This document shows positions 26,663 through 37,987 of a stretch of 64,000 bases of DNA, in pieces; positions within the stretch are counted from its first letter, which is position 1, and every line of letters begins with the position of its first letter. Source of the stretch: Lingula anatina (taxonomy: Eukaryota > Animalia > Brachiopoda); assembly GCA_051362555.1 (NCBI GenBank), contig CM120648.1:6134587-6198586 (forward strand), in the 5' to 3' direction. The position numbers and the translations under genes were made by a program. The notes under the pieces are model-generated. The model was not told where the DNA came from. It saw only the letters and a program-made list of their open reading frames with translations, and searched no databases.

Positions 26663-29600
26663 ATATACATGTCCATAAAAGAGATGGAATTTTCAGAATT
26701 ATCATAATGATGTGCTTAAGGTTTTTTCTTCTATTAGTCTCACAAAGAAAATTAATTTTTCTTTAATTGACTCTCTGCCATGCTACTAATTTTGTTCTTT
26801 TTATCATCAAGACCTGCAAGCAGCAACAACTTTTTTGGTTGTAAGAATCTGCTCTAGATGTCTTTATTTCCCCTACGCACTCTTCTCTGAGCATGAAACT
26901 CCTTCATTGAACTTTCTATAGAAAGTACTCAAAATGTCAACCCCTTCTTCCATCGTCATGTTTTATTAATTTTTTTTCAAAACATTTGTTTTTTTGGTTA
27001 CAAAAATACTTTTTGACATGTGAACACATCCTAGTGTGCAGTTTTAGGAGCCTTCAGATCTTTTGTAGGTAACAAATGAAACCTGTCAGTGATTTTTCAA
27101 GCACATCAAAATACAGCATCAAAACATCTAAACTCTGAACCTGACAGATAATTTATTTCAGGAACAGTCTTTTATTTTCAAATATAAGCTTATTTGTTCT
27201 GTCATCATCTTCTCCTAGAAGGAGCATGTAGGCATATTTTAGATGGATTGTCAACCTCATGGATCTTTCCGTAGCACAGCTTCACCTTTCCTTTGTTCAG
27301 GGTCCGTAGTCGTTAGCCGTTTCCCTCCAGCAAAAATAAAACGAGTCAGAATGCTATCGTGGTATTTTTAATATTTCTGTATCTATTTGAAAAATCCATT
27401 GCGTGAAATGGCATAAAATATGTCATTATAGTAAAGGTAGTAAACAGCCGCTGACTCAATACAAACCATTGAGTGGCAATTGCGCATGGTCAGCCAAGCA
27501 GTAAATTGCATAAAGAGAAGTCCAATAGAAATGCTTATGGGGTCAACGAGTGAATTTTATAGGCTATGGATTCTGAGCCGCTTGATGCGCTTCAATTGAG
27601 AAATGGACGCTTCATTTGGTGATGCAGCTTAACTAATAGGATTGAGTTGGGAAGGAGAAGGAAGAGCATGTTTGAAAAATTTGATGAAGAGCTCTCGTTA
27701 TATGACGGACTCCATAAAAAAAGAGTTGAAAGTAGAGATTTTAATAACTGTGATTAGCATAATGTTATTGTGTAGAATATGGATTTTTAACTTATGAAAT
27801 GATACATTAGTTTTAACTAACATGAGCGAAATTGTATTCTTACCCTCAGCAACAAATACAGATTAAAGTACATATATATTCCTTTTTAGGTTGACATTTA
27901 AATGGCAAACGTAATAAGGATGAAAAGAAAAACAAATATTTTGAATGAAATATCATTTCTTCAGTAAAAAGATAAAACCATCAACATTCTATTTACCTAA
28001 ATGTTAAGATGTTATTTGGGTATTCTATGGAACAATTGTATTTTTAGGAGGAGGAAGGTGGGTACGTGTAGTAAACCGTTAATTAGTGCTGATAACATAA
28101 ATGTGAATACATATCATTTACATATCCAAATGGATCTAAGCATGACAGTTTGCATGTGGTGAACTATTAATAGTATTGAGAGCTTATTTCCATATATGTG
28201 ATCTACATATTCGTTAATGCAAATTGTACCCACAATTAAATTTTAAGGTCTTGAGGCATGGCATGTCGCATGTCAGTCCTAGAAGTTAATCTAAAATGTA
28301 AATTAAGTTCATGTATAAAAGTAGAGGGACTTACAGACTGAGAGAGTGAGAGATAGTTATAGATACGGTAGAAGAGACCTGAGTCTTCAGGCGCTTGAAT
28401 AAACCATGTAACTACGTGTTTGTAACACTTGTTAACACAACATGGGTTTTGTTAATACCATTTTGAGTACAACCTCATGGGAATCGTTATTTGTACTAGA
28501 CATTATACAGTATAATTTTATAATCAAACTATAGTCTACACGCTTTAAATGAATTTATACACTTTTATATATCTGTCCAATGAACTATACAAAACATCAA
28601 CAATTCAGCAATGACACTGGTTTTATGGCCTGTTCAAAATTGGGAGGTGAATGTTTTGGGGTCAGCTAAGGATATCTTACTTTTGCGGGTCATTAATTAT
28701 CATGAATACGAATTAGAAAGTTAACGCTTTACAAAAAGAGCCAACTGGGTACAGAATAATAAGAGGGACAGAATTAAAACCAAGGGCAGATGGCTTTGGA
28801 AATTGTCACAACATGGTCACAATTGGTTTTGCAGTCAAGTTATTGATGAGGAGGAAGATTCAAAGAGGATGAAAATTGTGGTCATGTTTTCTTGTCCAAT
28901 CAATTGATACCTAATAGAATGGAAAGAAACAAAGTCTAGGCTCCCACGTTTCCCCACAAAGAAGTTGGATGATTTTTATGTTTCAATTCTATAATGCACT
29001 TTGTGCTTATAATTATATTCTTGTTTTGTACTTTCTGATTAAGTGTCTATTGAGTTAGAGTTTAATATCTCATTTGTCTTATGATTATGAATTTCTGTAA
29101 TTGGGATACATATATTCATTTGTTTTCAAATGGAGATGACAAGAGCTTAGAGTTACCTTTATGAAAAAAGAGTGAGATATCAAAAATTAAGTTCACTTTG
29201 TCTAGACATCACCTGACATTTACTGTTGACGCCCATATTGTAGAAAAAAGATAAACCACAAATAACCACAGAAAACAGGCAGTTTTTATATAAATATAAT
29301 AAGGTACAAGAAAGAAAGCTTTTTTTTCTGTCTTAGCTCCATCTGACCTATAAATTAGAGCACATTGTGGTTTCTCAAGCATAGAAAGAGAATGTGAATC
29401 AATATTTGTCGCCACATGGTACCATGACTTTGGAGGGAGCTGCGTCACTGGGTAAGCCTTCATCCTAGATTACAGTAATTTCTTAGGTCGGCACGCAAAA
29501 GTTTGACGTTATGCCTTATGAAATCATGGGTTGGTTGGCAGTTCTGACGTGATCCAGCGGTTCTTTTATTACCCACAGCCATGCAAGAATTGCTCAACAG

Positions 29601-32600
29601 ATCATCTGGAAAATTTTGTTTTCTACCATGTTACGCTGAACACTCTGCCCTAACCAACCAATTTCATCATTTGCAAGGCGGGTAAGATTTGCCTGCCAGA
29701 TCACCTGGAAAGTGTCACTGCGGTACACTAGTTCAGTAATGACGTTATGTACACTACAACAAGTGGGTCATGAAAATCTGTAGAATCATATCTGTTCTTC
29801 ATTAGCCTTTATTAGCAGGCTTTGTTTTAGCTCCTCTCTTTCTCTCTCTTTCTCTCTCTCTTGGGATATTTATTTTCCTTTTGCAATTTTTTTTTTAGAA
29901 TCTTTTATTTTATGGCAATTTTATGCCATATAAGTTTAAGTGAAGAAATCGCGTTTGAATATTATTTTTATTTATGTATTTAATTAATTAATTATTTATT
30001 TATTTTGGTTATGGTAGCATAAATTTCTCTTGCAATATTTTGTCAGTTCTTCTGAGCAGAATGAATTAGTTTACACCTTATGTGAATTTATGAAATGGAA
30101 GCCAGTATTTAAGAGACTTTCCCATTGAATGCACCTCCAGTGACTGACTCCAAAAACCACAACAAGTTGTTCTCATGTAGAGAGACACAAAGCTTTCATT
30201 TCATGCTTATGATCTTGTGAAAAATCTTACGAAAAAAGCATGCCTTCATTAGGCGCCAATGTGTCCAAAGCTCTCGTTGTCGCATGCTGTCTTGTTAGAA
30301 TCAAACCATGCATGACAGTAAGATATCCCGCGGGCACAAGCACTTTGTTCTGGGATGAGTGCTGCACGGTGGGACTCCTGTCACGCATCATTCGCATGAA
30401 TGGTGATGTCATACGAGCACATTATTAGCCCCAGGGTTAGAGGCATTGTGGCAGGAAGCCCCGTCAGCGGGTGTCCAGCTTACCTAATATGGCATATCTG
30501 TTGGCCAGGTTTGAGTTAAAGATTATAGCAATTCTGGAGACCCTTAAAATTTAAAACTACAACACCTGTAAAAAAATCAAAAATCCACATCCAGTTTGAA
30601 AGATAAATGGTCTCTTGTTGATTCTTAAAAAATTCATGTATAGTTATACATGAAAATAAATGATTAAAAGTCCCTTTTATCCTTTAAAGAAATAATGTAT
30701 TATTATGGTAACCCTGAAATTAATTTCTTAATTTTTTCTAGTTTTAAGGATGTTTAACTTTGTGATTTGAAGTGGATTACCTAAAACTTAACCACACAAA
30801 CTACAATAGTGATCAACAAATCTTTATTCAACTGCGTGTATGGTCCAAATGAGACTGTCAAGAAAGGTATCGTCATACAGAGACAAGGTGTGTCAGGTCA
30901 ATGCCACTTTAGACTGGTATTTGGTCTAAATTGCACTCTCAGACAGCTGTATTATAAGAAAATTATGACTATCTTAATGGCAGCTAACGAGGCAAATCTG
31001 ACATCTTTCTGCTTTTTAAAGCCATCACTGATAAAGCCCGGTTGATTCAGGTATAGCTGCTAGAAGACTGAGACTTTGTAATCAATATTAATCTGTGAAG
31101 ATCGAGGTTAGTTGTCACGCTTTTAGCTTGTCATCTTCTTTCTTTAGGATGTAGTCTCGGGAGAGTGGTAGGTTATTACAGCGGAATGACAGAGCATTCC
31201 GTTGGGATAAGCTTGAATGAGCTGTAACTAAATACAGCACGAGGAGGAGATGAGACCTTTAGTGGTTCAATTCTTTTCTGATAATGAGAGAAGCGTGAGG
31301 TTATTTCTCAGTTGCTTTCTCGTATCTGGTAGCTTTTTCTGCTGTTTTATCAGTCAGACTTTCAGCAAACTAAAAAAAAAAATGTTTCTCAAACAGGTGT
31401 TGCATCTGTATATCTGTGGTTCAAAAGCAAGTTGCCTTACTCATTTTTGAACAGCAGGTATACAAGTTTCTTGAAAAACATGAACTGATTGAAGTAAATG
31501 GGGTGTTTGGAATATTTGAATCATTGTTATAATTTTTTTATTAAGTCGGCTGTAAAGTGAGGGTTATCCAAATGACAAGCTTTGGCATCATTCAGGCAAA
31601 AACTAGCTGAAGAGATGTGAAAAGAAAAGTCAATTTTGCCAGCTAAGCCAGTCCCAAATTGCAATCCTTGTAAGAAATTAAAAGACTAGTATAAAATCCC
31701 AAGAAGTTCCAGGCCATTAAGCATGAGATAATTTCTAGAATCATCATTAAGAACTGTGACAAGTGTGTGCTACTGGGGGCAGACCATTTTCATGCCCTTG
31801 AATATCTAGGAAATCTTTAATAGCTGATTTTTAAATGAATTAATGAGTAGAAGCATTCATAAGACATTAAAATTTGAAAAAAAAACATGGCATTATGTTT
31901 TTTCCTACTTTTTATTATAGTTGAGCAGTTTTATGAATATATAGAAAGAAAGCATGACAATTGGAAATAGAATATTGGAATTATAAAAGCACTTAGAGAC
32001 CATGGACTTCAATGCTTGTTTTGAATAATTATTGATTATTAATTAGTTAATGAATCACCACCAAAATAAAATGGATTGTAAGTTAGCCCATTTCTGATCT
32101 ATCCTGAAAATTTGATCAAAATCTGTCCTACACTTTTTGAGTTTGGCTGTCTTACCAATTAATGCAAAAGACATAATCATCTGAGCAAAGGTAATAAGTA
32201 AAAGGACATACTCTAATTATTCATATGTCTGTGACTCAAAAGATATTGCGTCTACATAGAAGATGTTTTATAGCAGGAAAAAAGAAAGCAAGTTACCATT
32301 TTGTCTTTCTTTCGTGATGTGGTTTGGTTGGAAAGAGATATTAAGGATACATAACAAGCTTGTATTTGATACTTTGTCGCAAGGAAGGATTGCTTTTTGC
32401 TTCATTAGTCATGATACATGGTATCTATTCATGACATTATGTCTGAAAATCTACACCTCAGTGGAGTTACCAAGAATACGTACCGTGTTAGTTTACTTTT
32501 TTTACGCTTTGTTTGTTCCGCCAAGTTGACATGATTTGTTCTAGTGGTATGACATGTAAGTACTTGATGGTTGTATGACAGTAGACAATTAGAAGTGCAA

Positions 32601-33059
32601 ACATTTTCACTGGCAATTTTTCCTGTATATAAATATATTATTAGTATAATTGTATCAATCTACTATATATGCAGGCAGCAGGAAGTGCTTTTGTTCTTTT
32701 TATATAAGAATGAGAATTTTTCTATACTGAGAGTGCAATGGAGATCTTTTTTTTTTTTTTTTTCAGAAAATTAGCCATGCATTTTTTTTCTTTTTTTTCC
32801 TTTTTTCAGGCACAAAAATGTCCTTTTTTGCCTGAAAAACTAAAACAAGGACTCGACGTTGTTTATTTCCAAAAACAGTATTACGTGGCCATGTCTTAGA
32901 CTTGTTATGTATCAAGGTGTCAAGGCCATACAAAGATACAATAAGGCAGCAAACGTCTTACCAGCTGAACACCTATGTCACAAACATTCTACAAGATGTA
33001 TTCCTTCGTGAGAGAAAAGTTGCTGTCGTCTAATTCAAAAAATTTTCTTTGGTTTTCAG

Positions 33060-33225
33060 GTGGGAAAAATATAAATCAATATGGTCGAATCTTCACCAAT
33101 GGCCGCCCCTTGCCTGACCATCTTCGTGTCCAGATACTGCAGCTGGCGCTGCAAGGCACGCGACCGTGTGAGATTAGTCGCCAACTGCAGGTCTCTCATG
33201 GATGTGTCAGCAAGATTCTTAACAG
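33060..33225 (+). CDS. Pax-beta: Pax paired-box exon (PAI subdomain)
   Basis: ttttcag|GT...AAC AG|gtgag, 166 bp. Encodes [56 protein letters not shown], an unmistakable paired domain. The NQYGR and ILQLALQG variants are those I recall for the lophotrochozoan Pax-beta subfamily. Confidence 0.95.
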
Positions 33226-34153
33226 GTGAGTTTTTTATTGTTATATTTTTGACATTATCATTGATAAGTTTTTGTTTGTTTGGTTTTTTAGGTCCAAATG
33301 TTCATTAGAGCTTACTTTATATTGTTTTTATATAATGGATTGAAAACTCACTATTAAAATCAACTATATTTGGTACAAAGCACCTGAGATTTGGCTTGTG
33401 TGCATTCTTTGGGACTAAAAAATAAATAATAAACATAACTAATATGATACATGACGTGTACTAGTACCCAAAAAGGCACATGATGTCAAAAATGCACACT
33501 AAATAACATTATGAAGATTGTGTCTGTATAGTGCAGCTTCTAAAGTGTCTAATATTTTTACAAACTTCTTCAGTGTTTTAATATGGACTGATTGATATTT
33601 AATTAACTTGACTTTAACTAAGGTATGAGATTAAAACCAAACTGGTTGAAAAAAAAAATGTTATACAAAGTGTGTCTGATAAGGAATTATGGGTGCTTTG
33701 GAATAATCTTTCTCTCACATATTTTCACTAAATTGATGATTGTGATTGATCCAAATATGTTCTCTAAAATTTCATTACTGTTTTCAAAGCAAATTATACC
33801 TCACATTTCATAATGGTTTATGTGCCGTTGTGAACCTAAGTATTGTAGAACCTCTCTTTTCAAATATGGTATTTGTTATGACTGCAGTACCACAAAATTT
33901 TCGTAGTACTGGTTCAGTGAGATGTCCATGCACTTAAGAAATTTTATTTTATAAATCCTGTCTTAATATATATCTATGACTTATGTACAAGTTGTCATTA
34001 TTTGAGCAGATATTGATTATTACTTTATTTCCCTTGTCATCAAAGTAATCGTGTATTCACCATTATGGCAAGTCCTGAAAAAAATTAATCATAAAAAATT
34101 CCTACATGTCAAGTGGATGTTTTACATATTTTGTGAATTTCATTTCCACTCAG

Positions 34154-34291
34154 GTTTCGCAGAACAGGCAGCATCAATCCAGGTCAAATTGGGGGCAGTA
34201 AGCCAAAGGTGACGACCCCAGACGTAGTGAACAAGGTCAAGGACTACAAGATGGAAAACCCGCAGATGTTCGCCTGGGAGATACGACAGAG
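34154..34291 (+). CDS. Pax-beta: Pax paired-box exon (linker and RED helices 1-2); absent from the ORF track
   Basis: ccactcag|G TTT CGC...CAG AG|gtgtgt, 138 bp, phase 2-2. Encodes [46 protein letters not shown]. Confidence 0.95.
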
Positions 34292-34791
34292 GTGTGTATC
34301 TGCTCCTGCTTGGTTGGTTGTTTAATTTTTAGGTTTATTTTTGCCAAGAGCTGAATACAAGCACGTAAAGCTGGAGATGTAAAGCAGTGCCGCATTAAGA
34401 TTTATTTTTATTGATTTTCTAAAGAGAAGGAACATAGTTTAAAGATTGCAGTTTGCCTGATTACACATTGACCAATTATTGTCACCTCATAGGTAAGATA
34501 GAGAAGGGCCATCTTGTAATAAGTATTAATGAGAATTAATTATATGTTCTCTTGGCAAAGGTCTGTGCTGTCTGATTGCTTTTTTAATTAAACATCCAAC
34601 TTTTGAGAATACTCCTTATAGGCCGCTACCTCATGTTGATATGTTTTTCATCCACTAAAATAGCTTTTACTTATCAGCAGTACATATTTTTAATGAGCAA
34701 AATGGATTTAAATTATTCTATTGTAGTTTATTTTATCTACAGATCATATCACTTTTAATTTTATACTTTTATATATAAATATGACAATAAA

Positions 34792-34795
<4 letters not shown>

Positions 34796-34824
<29 letters not shown>
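34796..34824. repeat. (TTA)n microsatellite abutting the splice acceptor of a paired-box exon
   Basis: ttattattattattattattattattatt followed directly by ag|G at 34824-34825. Confidence 0.9.
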
Positions 34825-34825
34825 G

Positions 34826-34991
34826 GCTTTTGGGTGAAGGCATCTGCAATGAGAAGTCTGTCCCCAGCATAAGCTCAATCAATAGGATCATCCGAGACAA
34901 ATCTCTAGTCCAGAAGAAATACAATGCAGCATTACTACATGGCTCATTAAATGGAGGAAGCCCCGGTGCTAGCACAGCAGATGACACACAG
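34826..34991 (+). CDS. Pax-beta: Pax exon completing the paired domain (RED helix 3)
   Basis: attag|G CTT TTG...ACA CAG|gtactt. Encodes LLGEGICNEKSVPSISSINRIIRDKSLVQKK...DDTQ; phase 2 in, phase 0 out. Confidence 0.93.
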
Positions 34992-35675
34992 GTACTTGGA
35001 AAATATCTTTTATTTGTAAAAATAGACAAGGTTTCAAGGCTTGTTATATGTGAAGTTTCAAAGAAATTAAGTTAGAAGAATCTTCTTCATCATTATAATT
35101 TTAAAAAAGAAATGGTCACATTTTATTTTTGAACAAATTTTAATATTTTAAATGTGGTAGAAATGGATAAGGTTTTTGGACCATGTACTAGTAATCTGTT
35201 AATTTTAAAAAAGTAACTATGTTAGATTAATGTTTATGATCATCACTAGCTTAAAAAAGAATGGGCAGATTTTTTTAATTCATTTATTTATTTATTTATT
35301 TATTTTGACCATATTTTCACTAGTCCCTTCTTAAATTGTTAATGATCTGTTAGTCAGTATACCCCAAGTAAGACATTGACCAAACAATTGGACTTGCTGC
35401 ACTTTCCACAACTGACAGTAATTAAAAATAGATGCTTTGAAAACATTTTTCCTTCTGTAAAATGGAAAAGATTTTTGCATTGTGCAGTCTGTGATATTTG
35501 AAAGTTTCATTTCTCGTCGTGGAGATATTTTTTTCTGAATCATGAAAGGGAGGATGGTATAAGAATGATAAAATGACAATTTTTCTGCCACTGAACATGC
35601 AGACGCACAGCATTTGATGAAATGGCATAGAATAAATAAATGAATAAATAAATAAATATGTATTTGCATTTCTAG

Positions 35676-35907
35676 CGCTCTTTTTCACCTGATGACTTGG
35701 ATGAATCAATCAATTTGGATGATGAAGAGCTGGCTAAGGAATTAGAAGCGCAACGAGCATTTTTAGAATATCAGAAATTCTGGCTGCACCAGCAAGCTTC
35801 CATCAATGGATACGCACAGGAAATGATGAAAAATTACGAGAAGTTTCGACCACAAGGGCAGACAGAAAATACCGGTGTAAAGGTTGAAAAGGAATCTGCC
35901 CAATCAG
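35676..35907 (+). CDS. Pax-beta: Pax coding exon 5
   Basis: tttctag|CGC TCT...TCA G|gtattg, phase 0 in and phase 1 out, open frame RSFSPDDLDESINLDDEELAKELEAQRAFLEYQKFW... Confidence 0.8.
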
Positions 35908-36098
35908 GTATTGTCTGATTAGTATTTACACAATAGAAAAGGGCATTTGTATTTTATGAAAAGATTGACCATCTGTTGATTGAAATAGATCCAGGATGAT
36001 AGAAACAAAAATCAAATACAGTCTGAGCTGAAAAAAAGTCAATTATAGATCAGTTGATATATTGTAGATGTATACTTAAAATACTCTTCATATTAAAG

Positions 36099-37987
36099 GT
36101 TCAAAAAGACCAGATGCTGCACCTCCAAACAGCAAAGAAGCTGGACCAGCAGTTCCATTTTCTGCAGGGATGCATCCTGCTTTTCTGAGACAAATGGGAA
36201 TGGCTGGCCTCTATGACCCATCCATATTGGAAATGCACATGCGTGCACAGCAGCAAGCAATGCGAGCTGAAAACCCAGAAGACTTGGCCAGAATGTCATC
36301 CCAGGTGTTAAACATCCCCCAGTTGACTGGACCACAAAAAGATAAAAATCCTCCTGGTACTTCTCAGATTTTACCCAAAGTGTCACCAGCTCCGTTGGTG
36401 ACCTCCACTGGACCCCCCAATCCTCTTCCCCCGTATCCTACAGCAGATTTACTCACTCAGCGACGGCAGGAAATCAATGGGCTGAAACCCAAGGTTGATG
36501 CTAATGATGAGGGCAGTGACTTCACATCCAATACACGTAAACGTAAAGGCACACCCTTTAAGGTGGCCACCACACCTCCAGATGGTGCTGATGTCCAAGA
36601 CAGGCTGTCAGACCGCGATAAAGATGGCAGTCATCATGCTTCACTGATGTCAACCACTCATTCTGAGATCAAGAAAAAGCCAAGGAGAATGTTGCCTGAT
36701 TATTTAACATCAAAGCCAAGGCCTGATATCTCCAGCATTGCAGCAGGACCAACAACGAATGGCCAGCAGAAGGAACCCAACATCCCAAAGGATCAAAATG
36801 CTTCTAGTCCTACGAAAGAAAAAAACATAACAGTTATTGCTCAACAAGGATTTCCACACGGGAATGTTGCCTCTGGATTTCAGCGAAGCCAACAAGAACA
36901 TGCTCTTCTGAACTCATTGACCTCTGCAGACATTCCATATCTTGGAGGTGCAAATACAGCATCGCTGAGTAAAATGTTGCCCCACAATAACATTGGTGGT
37001 TTGCCGAATGTGTCTGCTGCCCCTGGTCTTACTCAGACCAGTAGTTCACTGGGGGCAGCACAGATTTTGATTCTCAATGGAGAAGGGCATGAAATCATCC
37101 CTGTAGGAAGTGGCCACTGGATTGTCAAAGATGAAGTAAAATTAATACGTTGTGCACGCTCCTTGTCAGACAGTCTTAATGTTGTGCATTCAAGTAGGGC
37201 ACTTATGCAGCAGGCCGCCGCAGCTGCTGCAGCTTCAGCCCAACTCAGCCATTTTTCTTCACTTATGGATTCCAAAAAGGTTGCTGACAGCAATACAAGT
37301 GAGTCGGTATTGAGTCAGGTGCTAGCCAAAAGTGCCCCTGTCACTCCTGCTTTGGGTTCCCCAACCAGAAGCCAAAAAGTTGCAGCTATCTCTACTACAC
37401 TGTCAGAACAGGGAGGCTCCCCAGACTGTCAAAAAGAACAAAATTCTCATGATGACACTACCCTGCAATCTCATAAAGACAGTAGTAATACAGCAGGTAA
37501 TTGCGCAGTTGGAGAGAAACAAGAATGCCCACAACACCTTCAAGACAAATCGAGCATTGAGGGTATATCAAAAGTCAATCAGAACTGCCTACCAAGCAAA
37601 AGCAGCCATGAGTCACATGTGGAGGATTTTGAAGCCGGACGCCAAGGACCCAAGTCACCAGAGGGCACCACTGAAAATGAGAACAGGCACCTAAGTCCAC
37701 ACCTTTCACCAGACCGACCAAATTCTTCAACGCAGAATTTCCCAGAATCCCCAGGACCCATGGGCCACGGCCTGGCCCACTATCTGTCCCAGTTGGCGAT
37801 GTCGGGCCAAATCCCGTTCGACATTTTGCAGAACCTTACACAGCTGGCAAAACTCAGTGCAACAAACAATGCCAACCAAGCTATTGTGACATCGCAAGGG
37901 TCTGAAGTTGCAGGAGGGAGCAATAGTTTCAGAAGCAATAAAGTTGGAGGGGGTGTGATCACAGAAACTGTTGAGAGCCTCGACTGA
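36099..37987 (+). CDS. Pax-beta: Pax terminal coding exon: P/S/Q-rich C-terminal region, no homeodomain
   Basis: Long ORF to TGA at 37985-37987. Two phase-1 acceptors (36098 and 36167) both keep the frame. The total spliced CDS is 3195 or 3126 nt (1064 or 1041 aa). Confidence 0.82.

Noticed and set aside
15200-32900. Many 60-106 aa ORFs in Pax intron 1
   Set aside because: F/L/K/I-rich products of AT-rich sequence, with no domains or consistent splice phases.
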